A DNA stretch of 64,000 bases, from NCBI GenBank assembly GCA_964510615.1, contig CAZEBA010000009.1, positions 5,815 through 69,814 on the forward strand, read 5' to 3'. The position numbers and the translations under genes were made by a program. Of this stretch, positions 1 to 9,911 are shown piece after piece; position 1 is the first letter of the stretch, and each line of letters opens with the position of its first letter. Origin of the DNA: an uncultured Gemmatimonadota bacterium. GTDB taxonomy: Bacteria; Gemmatimonadota; Gemmatimonadetes; Palauibacterales; Palauibacteraceae. The notes under the pieces were generated by a model. The model ran no database searches and was not told where the DNA came from. It saw only the letters and a list, made by a program, of their open reading frames with translations.

Positions 1-164
1 GTCCCAGGCTCGATGGTGCCCGTCGTCCGATCCGCCGGACCCGCGATGTGCAGCCGACTACACCGGCCGACGCGCAATGTGTCGGGCCAGCCCGGCGGCG
101 GCCGGGAGGCTGCCAGTGGTAGCCGGCCGAACGAGCCGCTGCCATCATCAGCGAGGGGGCACGG

Positions 165-1076
165 ATGCTGGCGATCGATAGAGTGCTGTTCGCGACCGAC
201 TTCTCGGAGACTTCCGAGTTCGCGCTTCCGTGGGCCGTCGATTTCGCCGGCCGACACGGGTCCGTGCTCCATCTGCTCCACACGATCTCGCTCTACGACG
301 CCGACCCGTCCGTCCCGCTGGAGCACAACCGGGTCCTCGAGCGCCTCTACGAGCGCATGGTGCGGCAGGCCTCGGACCGGATGAAGGCCGCGGTCGCTCG
401 GGCGGCCCCGCCCGAGCTTCCCGTCGAGCTGGCACAGCGCCGCGGGATCGCACCGGCGGAAGCGATCCTGGACTACGCGCTCCAGCAGGAGATCGATCTC
501 ATCGTCCTCGGCAGCCACGGGCACCGGGGCATGCGACCCTACCTGCTGGGTAGCGTGGCAGCGGAGGTCGCGCGGCTCGCGCACTGTCCGGTCCTCATCG
601 TCGGGCGGGAGCGAGCGCCGGCCGTGAAGCGGATCCTGGTCCCGCTGGACATGTCGGAGGCATCGGAGGCGGGATTGGAACACGCCAGGGAGCTGGGCCA
701 CGAGCTCGGCGCCGCCCTGCTTCTGCTGCACGTGATCGAGGTCGAGGCCTATCTGGACCTCTACTTTCCCCGACCGACGGAGGAGATGTTCGATCTCCCG
801 GAGCTGGAGGAGAAGGCCGTCGGGTACCTCGAGAAGCGATTTCGGGACGTCGGCGGCCCGGATGTCGCCATGGAGGCGGCCGCGATCATCGCGCACCCCG
901 TCGAGGGGATCCGGTCGTTCGCCGCCGAGCGACAGGTCGATCTGATCGTGATGGCCAGCCACGGACGCACCGGCCATCAACCCGCCCTGATCGGAAGCGT
1001 CGCCAACGGCGTGCTCCGAAACACCCCGTGCCCCCTCCTGATCATCAAGGCGTTCGGCAAGAGCCTGTTGCCCTGA
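165..1076 (+). CDS. Universal stress protein with tandem UspA domains
   Basis: 303 aa ORF. Both halves show a UspA-like fold: VLFATDFSETSEFALPWAV and HGHRGMRPYLLGSVAAEV in the first half, KRILVPLDMSEAS and HGRTGHQPALIGSVANGV in the second. The C-terminal G-x2-G-x9-G-S motif is typical of ATP-binding Usp. Confidence 0.8.
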   Translation: MLAIDRVLFATDFSETSEFALPWAVDFAGRHGSVLHLLHTISLYDADPSVPLEHNRVLERLYERMVRQASDRMKAAVARAAPPELPVELAQRRGIAPAEAILDYALQQEIDLIVLGSHGHRGMRPYLLGSVAAEVARLAHCPVLIVGRERAPAVKRILVPLDMSEASEAGLEHARELGHELGAALLLLHVIEVEAYLDLYFPRPTEEMFDLPELEEKAVGYLEKRFRDVGGPDVAMEAAAIIAHPVEGIRSFAAERQVDLIVMASHGRTGHQPALIGSVANGVLRNTPCPLLIIKAFGKSLLP

Positions 1077-1189
1077 GAGCGCCGATTCGACCGGCATTGA
1101 AACTGCAACCTACCTCCGCGGCGGGCCGCATCTCACCCAGACGCCGGATGCGGACCCACACAGGATAACTGTACATGCGATAATGAGAT

Positions 1190-2301
1190 ATGTGCATGAT
1201 TCCTTTCCTTGGTGTCGCCGTTCGGGCGGCGCCGGCCGTGCGTAACGACGTGAAGCCGGGCAGAGAGCACCCGTTCGGACAGGGCATGGACGCCTCGGGC
1301 AGCTCGGACACCGAGTCGGCGCCCGCGGGGCAGCGCCTGGCGCCCGAGGCCGAGCCCATTGACCGGATCCGACATGACCGCACGCGCGCTGAAGCGGACG
1401 GAACCAGGGTCGACCAGCTACCGGGCCGCGTACCGCCGAAGGCGTTGGTGCTGAGCTCCCTGGCTCTCGGCGCCGCCGCCGCCGCGAGCCTGCTGTTTCC
1501 GGACGAGATGGCGGAGTATTCGGCGCTCGTCTGGCTGCTGGCGATCGTGCCCGCTTTCCTGTTCGCCTACTACAAGGGCTGGCAGGGTGCCGCCGTCATC
1601 CTGGTGGCGGCGATGGGTCTGCTTCGACCGTCGAGGTGGGCCTCCACCTGCTTCGGGACGCGGAGGTGGCGTGGTGGCTCGTCGGTTCGGTGACGGTGAT
1701 TCTGATCGGCGTGAGCATGGGCGCCGGTCTGGTGTCGGAGGCCCACCGACGGGAGACGGCCCAGGCGCTCAAGCTCGCCTACGCCGACCCCCTGACGGGA
1801 CTTCCCAACCGGAGGGTGCTCCAGCTGTTCCTGAACCGTGAATTCGCGGCTACGATGCGCGGACGGCCCTGCGCGATCATCCTCCTGGACGTCGACCGCT
1901 TCAAAACCATCAACGACACCGAGGGGCACCACGCGGGCGATGATGTGCTGCGCGCGGTGGCTCAGGCCCTGGAGGAGAACACTCGCCAGTCGGACCTGAG
2001 CGGGCGCTTCGGCGGCGACGAGTTCCTGACGTTGCTCCCCGGCGCCGGCGTCCGGGGTGCACTCACGTTCGCCGACCGGGTGCGGAGGTCGATCGCCGAA
2101 CGGTACCGGGAGTTCCCTGTCCCGGTCACCGTGAGCTGTGGGGTGGCGGTGTAGAACTCGAACACGAAGACCGAGGACGATCTCCTCCAGGCGTCCGACC
2201 TTGCCCTCTACGCAGCGAAGCGGGAGGGCGGAGACCGCGCGGTCGTTGCCGGGCCGTGGCCGATGGAGGAAGCCGAGCTGGAGAGCGTGGCCGTCGGCTG
2301 A
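1190..2301 (+). pseudogene. Membrane-anchored GGDEF diguanylate cyclase disrupted by a frameshift (~1620-1640) and an in-frame TAG (2152-2154)
   Basis: The frame-2 ORF 1190-1693 encodes about 3 hydrophobic helices. The frame-1 ORF 1636-2154 continues with one more TM helix and a canonical GGDEF domain (ADPLTGLPNRR, RFGGDEF). It stops at TAG exactly where the domain should continue. The next in-frame codons read DDLLQASDLALYAAKREGGDRAV, the conserved GGDEF C-terminus, running to TGA at 2299-2301. Confidence 0.6.
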
Positions 2302-2330
2302 CGGCCGCCCCCGCGAGGCACAGCCGGCCT

Positions 2331-2360
2331 CAGGCCCCTTCCTTCTCTGGGCCTTTTCTT
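2331..2360 (+). terminator. Rho-independent terminator-like hairpin after the GGDEF locus
   Basis: Stem AGGCCC (2332-2337) and GGGCCT (2349-2354), loop CTTCCTTCTCT, followed by TTTTCTT. Confidence 0.4.
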
Positions 2361-2536
2361 GCCCCCCGCGTAGTCCCCTCCAATGGCCAAAGGCCCTAGT
2401 TTGGATGGCGAATCGGGAGCCAGTCGGCAGTGCCAGACCGTGAGTCGGACGACTCGAGACTCGGCACATCATGAGCTACGGCTGGCATCAGGTTGGATCC
2501 GCGCGTTGACCGCTAACCGGCGGAGGAGGCCCACTG

Positions 2537-3055
2537 GTGCGAGGATCCGTATTTGTTGGCACCAGCGTCGACGGCTTTATTGCCCGCCCAGATGGCGCAC
2601 TCGATTTCCTGCCTGACGATGCGGAGCCGCATGGCTTCGAAGAGTTCTTGGCTTCGGTGGACGCCCTTGTGATGGGCCGAAAAACGTACGACACCGTGCT
2701 GGAGTTCGGCGCGTGGTTCTACGGTGAGAAGCCCGTCTTCGTCCTGAGTTCGCGGGAGATCGGGGTACCCCTAGCCGGCGCCGTGGTGGAGCGAATGTCC
2801 GGCAGCCCCAACGACATCGCGTCAGCGCTCGCAGCGCGAGGTTTCGTGGACGTCTACGTCGATGGCGGGGCCACCATTCAGCAGTTCCTGCGGGCCGGTC
2901 TGATTCAACGTTTGATTATCACCCGCGTTCCGGTACTCATTGGATCCGGCATTCCGCTGTTCGGTCCGCTTGAACATGATCTTCCCCTGAAGCATGTGGC
3001 CACGCGCCAATTCGCCAGCGGTCTCGTGCAGAGTGAGTACGAGGTTGCTGGCTAG
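2537..3055 (+). CDS. Dihydrofolate reductase family protein (RibD C-terminal domain type)
   Basis: 172 aa. The N-terminal VFVGTSVDGFIARPDG, then LVMGRKTYD, then VDGGATIQQFLRAGLIQRL match the bacterial DHFR-like/RibD_C family. Confidence 0.7.
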   Translation: MRGSVFVGTSVDGFIARPDGALDFLPDDAEPHGFEEFLASVDALVMGRKTYDTVLEFGAWFYGEKPVFVLSSREIGVPLAGAVVERMSGSPNDIASALAARGFVDVYVDGGATIQQFLRAGLIQRLIITRVPVLIGSGIPLFGPLEHDLPLKHVATRQFASGLVQSEYEVAG

Positions 3056-4337
3056 CGACGCCCGAACGCCGACCGCGGCAGCGCTCGCGGCCATCGGCAG
3101 CCTTCTCGCCTGCGCCGACGGGCCGCGCGACGAGGGGCCGCAGGGATCGAGCGAGCGGGAAGCTGCCCACCTCCTCGACCCGCCCTTCCGCGCGGTGCGG
3201 GAGCTTCCCTCCCCGGCCGGCGCCGGGAGCGTCACACCATCCCTGTCGGCCACCGCCGACGGCTCAATCCTGATGAGCTGGCAGGAGCCCGAGGGCGACG
3301 GCGATGCCGTGCGCACCTCGCGGCTGTCGGATTCCGTATGGAGCGAGCCGGCCACCATCGCGCAGGCCCGCGATCTGTTCGTGAACTGGGCCGACTTTCC
3401 GTCAATCATCGAGCTCCCGGATGGGTCGCTGGCCGCTCACTGGCTTCAGCGGGAGGGGCCCGGCACCTACGCGTACGGGGTTCGTATCGCCCGCTCGCGG
3501 GACGGCGGCCGCAGCTGGTCCGAGCCCGTGGCCCCTCATCGGGACGGTACGCTGACAGAGCACGGTTTCGTGTCACTGTTTCCGGCCGCAGGCGAAGCCG
3601 TGGCGGCCGTGTGGCTCGACGGGCGGGACTACGCACGGGCGGCCGCCGCTGACGAGCCGGAGCCTCGAGAGGCTGAGATGGCCCTGCGGTATGCGGAGAT
3701 CGAGGAGACGGGCCGGCTCCAGGCCGAGGTCGTCCTCGACCCGCGTACCTGCGATTGCTGCCAGACCTCCGTCACGATCACATCGACCGGCCCCCTGCTC
3801 GCCTACCGGGATCGCTCCGAGACCGAGATCCGGGACATCGCCGTCGTGCGCCTCGTGGACGGGATCTGGACCTCGCCCAGGGCGGTGCACGAGGACGGCT
3901 GGCGAATTCCCGCCTGTCCGGTCAACGGACCGGCATTGGCCGGGGACGGCGACCACGTCGTCGCCGCCTGGTACACGGCAGCCTCCGAACGGCCGAGGGT
4001 CCTGGTCGCCTTCTCCGAGGACGCCGGCGCCCACTTCGCAGCTCCGCTGCGGGCGGACGAGGGAACGCCGCTCGGACGGGTGGACGTCGAGCTCCTGCCC
4101 GATGGATCGGCACTGGTGTTGTGGCTGGAAGCCGGCGAGGATGGCGCGCGCGTGTCGGCCCGAAGGATCCAGATCGATGGAGCGTCGAGTCCGGCGGCGA
4201 CGGTGGCCGTCACCGATGTGAGCCGCTTGAGCGGCTTCCCGCGGATGGCGCTGACCGGCTCGGTTGTCGTGCTGGCCTGGACGGACACCGACGGGACCGG
4301 ATCGGCCGTCCGCACCGCCACCGCACGACTCCGGTAG
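2994..4337 (+). CDS. BNR/Asp-box repeat exo-alpha-sialidase-like lipoprotein
   Basis: It contains the Asp-box SRDGGRSW, repeated W-rich beta-propeller strands, and a lipobox-like LLACADG near the N-terminus. The true start is probably TTG ~3045 (MLASDARTPTAAALAAIGSLLAC) rather than the ATG at 2994 that overlaps the DHFR-like gene. Confidence 0.55.
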   Translation: MWPRANSPAVSCRVSTRLLASDARTPTAAALAAIGSLLACADGPRDEGPQGSSEREAAHLLDPPFRAVRELPSPAGAGSVTPSLSATADGSILMSWQEPEGDGDAVRTSRLSDSVWSEPATIAQARDLFVNWADFPSIIELPDGSLAAHWLQREGPGTYAYGVRIARSRDGGRSWSEPVAPHRDGTLTEHGFVSLFPAAGEAVAAVWLDGRDYARAAAADEPEPREAEMALRYAEIEETGRLQAEVVLDPRTCDCCQTSVTITSTGPLLAYRDRSETEIRDIAVVRLVDGIWTSPRAVHEDGWRIPACPVNGPALAGDGDHVVAAWYTAASERPRVLVAFSEDAGAHFAAPLRADEGTPLGRVDVELLPDGSALVLWLEAGEDGARVSARRIQIDGASSPAATVAVTDVSRLSGFPRMALTGSVVVLAWTDTDGTGSAVRTATARLR

Positions 4338-4382
4338 GCGGCCGGCGGGTCTCGTCGGCCCTACCCGGAAGCGAGCTCCTTC

Positions 4383-7300
4383 TCAGGCCGTAGCCAGCTC
4401 CCTCTCGGGCCGCCTCGCGGGCTCACGCTCGCGATCGCCGGCCCCGACGTCACCTGTCTCGAGCCGGTCGACCTCCCCGCGACGCAGGTTCCGCCGCAGG
4501 AACACGACCAGGTCGTCCGTGAACGAGTGCATCACCGGAACCAGTACGAGCGTCAGGAAGGTGGCGAAGGTGAGGCCGGCAATCACCGCGATCGCCATCG
4601 GCCCCCACCAGGCCGCCTGCTCGCCCCCCCAGAACAGGTTCGGATTCAGGCGGGCAAACAGCCCCTCGAAGTCGAAGTTGAGGCCGATCGCCAGCGGCGT
4701 CAGGCCCATCACGGTCGTGATCGCCGTCAGCATCACCGGCCGGAATCGCGTGAGACCGCCGACCACGAGCGACTCGTGCGCCGTCAGTCCGTCTCGCTTG
4801 CGCAGGATCCCGATGTAGTCGCCCAGGACGATCGCGTTGTTCACCACCACGCCGGCCAGGCTGATCACGCCGACCCCGCTCATGATGATCCCGAACGGCA
4901 TGCGGAAGACCAGCAGTCCGATCAGCACGCCTACCGTCGACAGGAGAACGGAGCTGAGGATGATGACGGGCCGCAGCACCGAATCGAACTGCGAGACGAG
5001 GATGAGCGCGATCAGCATCAGCGCCATGATGAAGGCGCCCAACAGGAAGGCCTCCGACTCCTGCTGGTCCTCCTGCTGGCCCGTGTAGCTGAGCGTATAG
5101 CCGGCCGGCAGCGAGCGCTCGAAGTCCCCGAGCTCCGCACGCACTTCCGCCAGCACCGCATTGGCGTTGAAGCCCGATCGGACGTCGGCCGAGATCGTGG
5201 CCACTCGTTCGAGGTCCTTCCGGTTGATCCCGCTGTAGCTCTCGCCCACGGCCCAGTCCGCCACGGAGGATAGCGGGACCTGCGTACCATCCTCGGCCAC
5301 CACGGTCAGGTCGGCGAGAGCGTCCAGGTTGTCGCGGTACCGCTGGGCGAGCCGGACGACGATGTCGTACTCATCCTCGCCGTGCCGAAACTCCGACACC
5401 TCGGTGCCCAGTATGGCGCTCCGCACCGTTGCCCCCACCTCGGCCGTGCTGAGGCCGAAGAGCGCCGCGCGCTCCCGGTCGACGTCGATGCGCAGCTCGG
5501 GCCGAGCTTCTGCCAGGTCGCTCTCCAGCCCTTCCAGCTTGCGGGCCACGGGCGCGTTGGCCAGCCGCCGGTAGGCGGCGTCCGACAGCTCCTGCAGCAC
5601 GCGGTCGTCCTTCCCCGCGATCTCGATGCTGATCGGCGGCCCCGAGCCCGGGCCACTCTGGGGCTTCTCGACGTTGATCTCCGCCCCGGCCACGCCCGTC
5701 CCGACCGTGCTGCGCATCAGCTCCAGCGACTCGAACGAGTCGCGCTCCCGCAGCTCGAAGTCGACGAAGTTGACCGCGATCGTGCCCTCGTTGGCGCCGG
5801 ATCCCCGATTGCCGCTCGACCCGACCGTGGAGACCACCGACTCGAAGTCCGCCCGCACGGGGAGCGTGACGAGCTCCCGTTCAACGCCCCGCACGACCTC
5901 GTCGGTGGCCTCGGCCCGGGTCCCCGGAGGCAGCTCGACCTGCACGTACACGGTCTCCGGCGGAATGTCCTCCGGGAAGAACTCGATTCCGGCGTTGAAC
6001 ATCCCGAACAGCAGGACGGAGGCCACGAGCGTGCCGGCCATCCCGCCCATCACCCGCCACCGGTGGGCCAGCGACCAGCGCAACAGGCGCTCGTAGCCGG
6101 ATACGACGGCCGGAAGCGCCGTCTGCTGGAACCAGTGGCTGACCCTACGCAGCGCCCAATGATGGAGGGCCCAGAGGATCCCCACCGTCAGCGTCAGGGT
6201 GAGGGCCGCGAACGGCTGGATCGCCAGGGCAATCAGGAACGCCACGCCCGCTGCGCCGATCAGCGTCCATTTCGCGCCGGGCGTGAGGCCCGGAGCCGGT
6301 TCGCCATCCAGCCGCATGAAGAGTGAGCAGACCGTCGGATTGACGACCAGGGCAACGAACAGCGAGGCGCTCAGGGTTATGATCAGGGTCAGCGGCAGGT
6401 ACTTCATGAACTCGCCGATGATGCCGGGCCAGAAGGCCATCGGCGCGAAGGCGGCCAGCGTCGTCGCCGTTGCGGCGATGACCGGCATCGCCACCTCGGC
6501 GGTCCCGAGCTTGGCGGCCTTCTTCCGGTCATGGCCCTGCTCCATGAACCGATACGTGTTCTCCACCACCACGATCGCGTTGTCCACCAGCATCCCGAGC
6601 GCGAGGATGAGGCTGAACAGCACGACCATGTTCATGGTGAAGCCGATCAGCTGCATCACGCTGAAGGAGAGCAGCATCGAGAGCGGGATGGCGATGCCCA
6701 CGAAGGACGCGTTCGCGATCCCGAGGAAGAACAGGAGCACCGCGACCACCAGGATGAGGCCGGAGATGATGTTGTTCTCCAGGCTCGAGACCATCTTGCG
6801 GATCTCCTCGGACTGATCGGAGGTGATCTTGACGACGGTGGTGGCAGGGAAGCCGGGTCGAGCTTCCTCGATCGCGCGCTTGACGGCGTTCGACGTCTCG
6901 ATGATGTTCTCGCCCGTCCGCTTGACGATTCCCAGCGTCACCACCGGGTTGCCATCGAGCCGGGCGAAGCTGTCGCGGTCCTTGAAGCCGAACTCGACCT
7001 CTGCGATGTCGCGGACGTACACGGGCCGGTCGCCCGGCGACCAGACGACGATGTCCTCGATCAGGCGGGTGTCCTCGAACTCTCCGGGGACGCGGACCAG
7101 GTATTCCCGTTCGCCGACGTCGATCGTGCCTCCGGGGATGGTGAGGTTCTCCTCGGCGATCGCCTCGATCACGTCATCGAAGGCCAGGCCGTAGAACTGG
7201 AGCTTGGCCAGATCCACGTTGACCTGGACCTCGCGCTCCAGACCGCCCGAAAGCGTGACCTCGAGCACCGACGGGATGAGCTCGATCCGCTCCTGCAGGT

Positions 7301-7928
7301 CTTCGGCAACCTCCTTCAGGCGCCGCAGGCTGTACTCGCCCGCCACGTTCACCTGCATGATCGGGAACTCGGAGAGGTTGAATTCCACGATCATCGGCTC
7401 CTCGGCCGCGCCCGGCAGCTCCGGCTTCGCGATGTCCACCCTCTCCCGCACCAGCTGGAGGGCCTCGGTCATGTCCATGCCGGCGGCGAACTCGATCAGG
7501 ATGCTCGAGTAACCTTCCACCGACGTCGAGGTGATCTCCTGGACGTCGGCGATCTCGTTCAGCTCCTCCTCGAGCGGCCGGGTGATGAGCGTCTCGATGT
7601 CCTCGGGGGCCACGCCGGAGTACATCGTGTTCACCGCCACGTACGGCACGGTGATCTCGGGCATGGACTCCTTCGGGATGCGGAGGTACGAGATCAGACC
7701 GCCGAGGAGGATGATGGCGGTCAGCACCAGCACGGTCGTGGGGTGATCTACGGCAAGGGAGGTGAGCCGAAACTCCTTGTAGGGCCTCCGGCCGCCACGT
7801 CGCTTCCGGCCGCTGCGCTGCCTTCGGCCGCCTCCGCTGGCGGGACGCCCGCCTGTCGACCGCACTCCCTTCTCGCCGGCGCCGTTCGCGTTCCCGTCGC
7901 CGGCTCGGAGGTCCCGCGGGCCGATCAT
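4383..7928 (-). CDS. Efflux RND transporter permease subunit (AcrB/CzcA superfamily)
   Basis: 1181 aa with 12-TM architecture, two large periplasmic loops, and conserved RND blocks (the N-terminal RIPKESMPEITVPYVAVNTMYSGVAPEDIE and the VVENTYRFMEQGHDRKKAAKLGTAEV-type TM4 region). The G/R-rich N- and C-terminal tails are probably not all translated. Confidence 0.9.
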   Translation of the reverse strand: MIGPRDLRAGDGNANGAGEKGVRSTGGRPASGGGRRQRSGRKRRGGRRPYKEFRLTSLAVDHPTTVLVLTAIILLGGLISYLRIPKESMPEITVPYVAVNTMYSGVAPEDIETLITRPLEEELNEIADVQEITSTSVEGYSSILIEFAAGMDMTEALQLVRERVDIAKPELPGAAEEPMIVEFNLSEFPIMQVNVAGEYSLRRLKEVAEDLQERIELIPSVLEVTLSGGLEREVQVNVDLAKLQFYGLAFDDVIEAIAEENLTIPGGTIDVGEREYLVRVPGEFEDTRLIEDIVVWSPGDRPVYVRDIAEVEFGFKDRDSFARLDGNPVVTLGIVKRTGENIIETSNAVKRAIEEARPGFPATTVVKITSDQSEEIRKMVSSLENNIISGLILVVAVLLFFLGIANASFVGIAIPLSMLLSFSVMQLIGFTMNMVVLFSLILALGMLVDNAIVVVENTYRFMEQGHDRKKAAKLGTAEVAMPVIAATATTLAAFAPMAFWPGIIGEFMKYLPLTLIITLSASLFVALVVNPTVCSLFMRLDGEPAPGLTPGAKWTLIGAAGVAFLIALAIQPFAALTLTLTVGILWALHHWALRRVSHWFQQTALPAVVSGYERLLRWSLAHRWRVMGGMAGTLVASVLLFGMFNAGIEFFPEDIPPETVYVQVELPPGTRAEATDEVVRGVERELVTLPVRADFESVVSTVGSSGNRGSGANEGTIAVNFVDFELRERDSFESLELMRSTVGTGVAGAEINVEKPQSGPGSGPPISIEIAGKDDRVLQELSDAAYRRLANAPVARKLEGLESDLAEARPELRIDVDRERAALFGLSTAEVGATVRSAILGTEVSEFRHGEDEYDIVVRLAQRYRDNLDALADLTVVAEDGTQVPLSSVADWAVGESYSGINRKDLERVATISADVRSGFNANAVLAEVRAELGDFERSLPAGYTLSYTGQQEDQQESEAFLLGAFIMALMLIALILVSQFDSVLRPVIILSSVLLSTVGVLIGLLVFRMPFGIIMSGVGVISLAGVVVNNAIVLGDYIGILRKRDGLTAHESLVVGGLTRFRPVMLTAITTVMGLTPLAIGLNFDFEGLFARLNPNLFWGGEQAAWWGPMAIAVIAGLTFATFLTLVLVPVMHSFTDDLVVFLRRNLRRGEVDRLETGDVGAGDREREPARRPERELATA

Positions 7929-9082
7929 CGGTCGGTTCGGTTCGGCGCGCCGACGAGCCGCACGCGGTCGCCGGGATCGACCTGCTGCTGACCTCGGACG
8001 ATCACCCGGTCTCCGGGCTCGAGGCCGCTGGCGATCACGACGGCGTTGGAGGCCGACGGGCCGACCACCGCCCGGCGCGCCTCCGCCTCCAGCTCGCCAC
8101 CATCGGCCTCGGTCACCACCAGGATCTGATAGCCGTCCTCCACCCGGAGCAGGGCATCCTGCGGAACGACCAGTACCGCCTCGAGCGCCCGCGTGGGAAG
8201 CTCGACCCCCGCCACCATCTGCGGCTTGATCAGGTTGTCCGGGTTATCCAGCAGGATCTCGATCTCGAAGGTGCGGCTCTTCGGATCCACCGCCGTCGAC
8301 ACGAACGAGATCTCGCCCTCGAAGACGCGGCCGGGATAGAGGTCCAGCGTCACATCGGCACGTCCGCCGACGTGAACGTCGGCCGCATACCGCTCGGGTA
8401 CGCCCCCGACGACCTTGACGCGGGAGGCATCGATGATGCGGCCGACCTCGTCTCCCGAGCCGACCATCTCACCCTCGTCGACGTACCGGGCGTCGAACAC
8501 TCCGGAGACCGGCGCTCGCACCGTCGTCCGTTCGAGCCGGGCACGCAGAGCTTCCGCCCGCGCTTCCGCCGCCTCCGCAGCGGCCTCCGCCGCCACGAAC
8601 TCCGCTTCGGTGCCGATTCCCTCTTCGCGAAAGAGCCTGCGCCGACGCTCGTAGGCGTCGCGCGCCGCCTTGGCCGACGCCTCGGCCTCCGCGACCTGCG
8701 CTCGCAGCACCCGATCGTCGATCTTCGCCAGCGCCTGACCCGCACGAAGGCGCTGGCCCTTCTCCGCCAGGAAGCGGTCGATCACACCGTCCTCCTCAGC
8801 GCTCACGACGACGTCGTGGACGGCTTCGACGGCTCCGATCACCCGAACCGTGGAAGCGAAGTCCGTCGGTCGTACCTCCACGACTTCCACGTTCACGGTA
8901 CGCCGGTACGATGCGTCGGCGGACGAATCGAGCGCGGGCTCCTCTGCCTGGCCTTCGCCGCAGGCCGCGGCGGCCAAACCGGCCAGCATCATCGCCGCCA
9001 GTCCGAACGACACCCCACCCAACCTCCGTCTATCGATCTCTCGCTCTATGATCGACATCCTCTTGTTCCCTTCTCTCCCCAC
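7925..9082 (-). CDS. Efflux RND periplasmic adaptor (membrane fusion protein)
   Basis: 385 aa with a signal/TM segment, coiled-coil hairpin (AQVAEAEASAKAARDAYERRRRLFREEGIGTEAEF) and beta-barrel/lipoyl motifs. A 4-nt overlap with the RND gene indicates coupling. Confidence 0.85.
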   Translation of the reverse strand: MGREGNKRMSIIEREIDRRRLGGVSFGLAAMMLAGLAAAACGEGQAEEPALDSSADASYRRTVNVEVVEVRPTDFASTVRVIGAVEAVHDVVVSAEEDGVIDRFLAEKGQRLRAGQALAKIDDRVLRAQVAEAEASAKAARDAYERRRRLFREEGIGTEAEFVAAEAAAEAAEARAEALRARLERTTVRAPVSGVFDARYVDEGEMVGSGDEVGRIIDASRVKVVGGVPERYAADVHVGGRADVTLDLYPGRVFEGEISFVSTAVDPKSRTFEIEILLDNPDNLIKPQMVAGVELPTRALEAVLVVPQDALLRVEDGYQILVVTEADGGELEAEARRAVVGPSASNAVVIASGLEPGDRVIVRGQQQVDPGDRVRLVGAPNRTDR

Positions 9083-9095
9083 TATGCCCGACCAT

Positions 9096-9734
9096 CTATT
9101 CGCGCGGCCGCAGGCCGTTCGACATCAGGTCGCCGAACCGCTCGAACAACTGTTCGGCCGACACCCCGTCCGCCGCCCAGTCGTGCTCCCCGCACGAGCA
9201 TTCGCCGGTGAAGTCGCAGGCCAGCGACAGGGTCGCGAGCCCGTGCACGCAGCTCCAGAGGTACAGCGCGACGAGGTCCGGGTCGGTATCTCGAATCTCG
9301 CCCGAGCTCATGGCGTTGGTCACGCTTTCCTTCAGGATCCGGTAGCCGCCGCCTCCGGGTAGCTCCTCGATCTCCCGGGGATCCGCCGGCTGGATCGTAA
9401 ACATGATCTTGAAGTACTGCTCGTTCTCCCGCGCGAAACGGAGATACGCTGCGCCGAGGGCGCGCATCCGCTCCGATCCGCCGGCCGGCACGCCCTCCAG
9501 GGCGCTCCACAGATAGCTCTCGAAGCGTCGAAAGCCTCGCGCCACCACCCGATCGACCAGCGCCTGCTTGTTGTCGAAGTAGTTGTACAGCGCCGTGGCG
9601 CTCAGCCCGACGCGAGCGGCTACCGCCCGCATCGAGAGCGCGTCGAACCCATCCTCGGCCAGGATCTCCCGGGCCGCGTCCAGGATCGCTGCCTCCGTCT
9701 CCGCGGCTCGACGTGGATCTGCTACTTTCGGCAT
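9096..9734 (-). CDS. TetR/AcrR family transcriptional regulator
   Basis: N-terminal HTH AILDAAREILAEDGFDALSMRAVAARVGLSATALYNYFDNKQALV. It sits 14 bp upstream of the MFP gene on the same strand. Confidence 0.85.
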   Translation of the reverse strand: MPKVADPRRAAETEAAILDAAREILAEDGFDALSMRAVAARVGLSATALYNYFDNKQALVDRVVARGFRRFESYLWSALEGVPAGGSERMRALGAAYLRFARENEQYFKIMFTIQPADPREIEELPGGGGYRILKESVTNAMSSGEIRDTDPDLVALYLWSCVHGLATLSLACDFTGECSCGEHDWAADGVSAEQLFERFGDLMSNGLRPRE

Positions 9735-9844
9735 CGGTCCTGTCCTGGTTCGCTGTGGTGACCCCAGCTCCTGCGCCGCCGCTCACGAACCACCCTCGAC
9801 CCTACGGGATCACCCACCGCTGGGTTTCGACGGCGCTTGAATGA

Positions 9845-9880
9845 ACACCGTTAAGTTAACAGCGTTATGTTAACGGTGTC
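9845..9880. promoter_or_regulatory. AT-rich perfect inverted repeat ACACCGTTAA-N15-TTAACGGTGT; candidate TetR operator
   Basis: The perfect 10-bp arms contain nested GTTAAC palindromes, in a low-GC island inside ~70% GC DNA. It lies ~110 bp upstream of the tetR start and downstream of the patatin gene's 3' end. It has no GC-rich stem or T-tract, so it does not look like a terminator. Confidence 0.4.
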
Positions 9881-9911
9881 AAGGCGTCGATCGGCTGGTA
9901 GGAACCTTGGC

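Noticed and set aside
2361-2536. Possible tRNA or small ncRNA in the 180-bp gap before the DHFR-like gene
   Set aside because: I found no T-loop (GTTCGAATC-like) or cloverleaf pairing by eye. A covariance-model scan (tRNAscan or Infernal) would be needed to find anything subtler.
4527-7991. Long plus-strand ORFs (4527-5273, 5382-6326, 6531-7991 and others) opposite the RND pump gene
   Set aside because: Low-complexity R/H/D/G-rich translations with no domain signatures. They are typical antisense open frames in ~70% GC DNA. The minus-strand RND gene has full-length conserved architecture.
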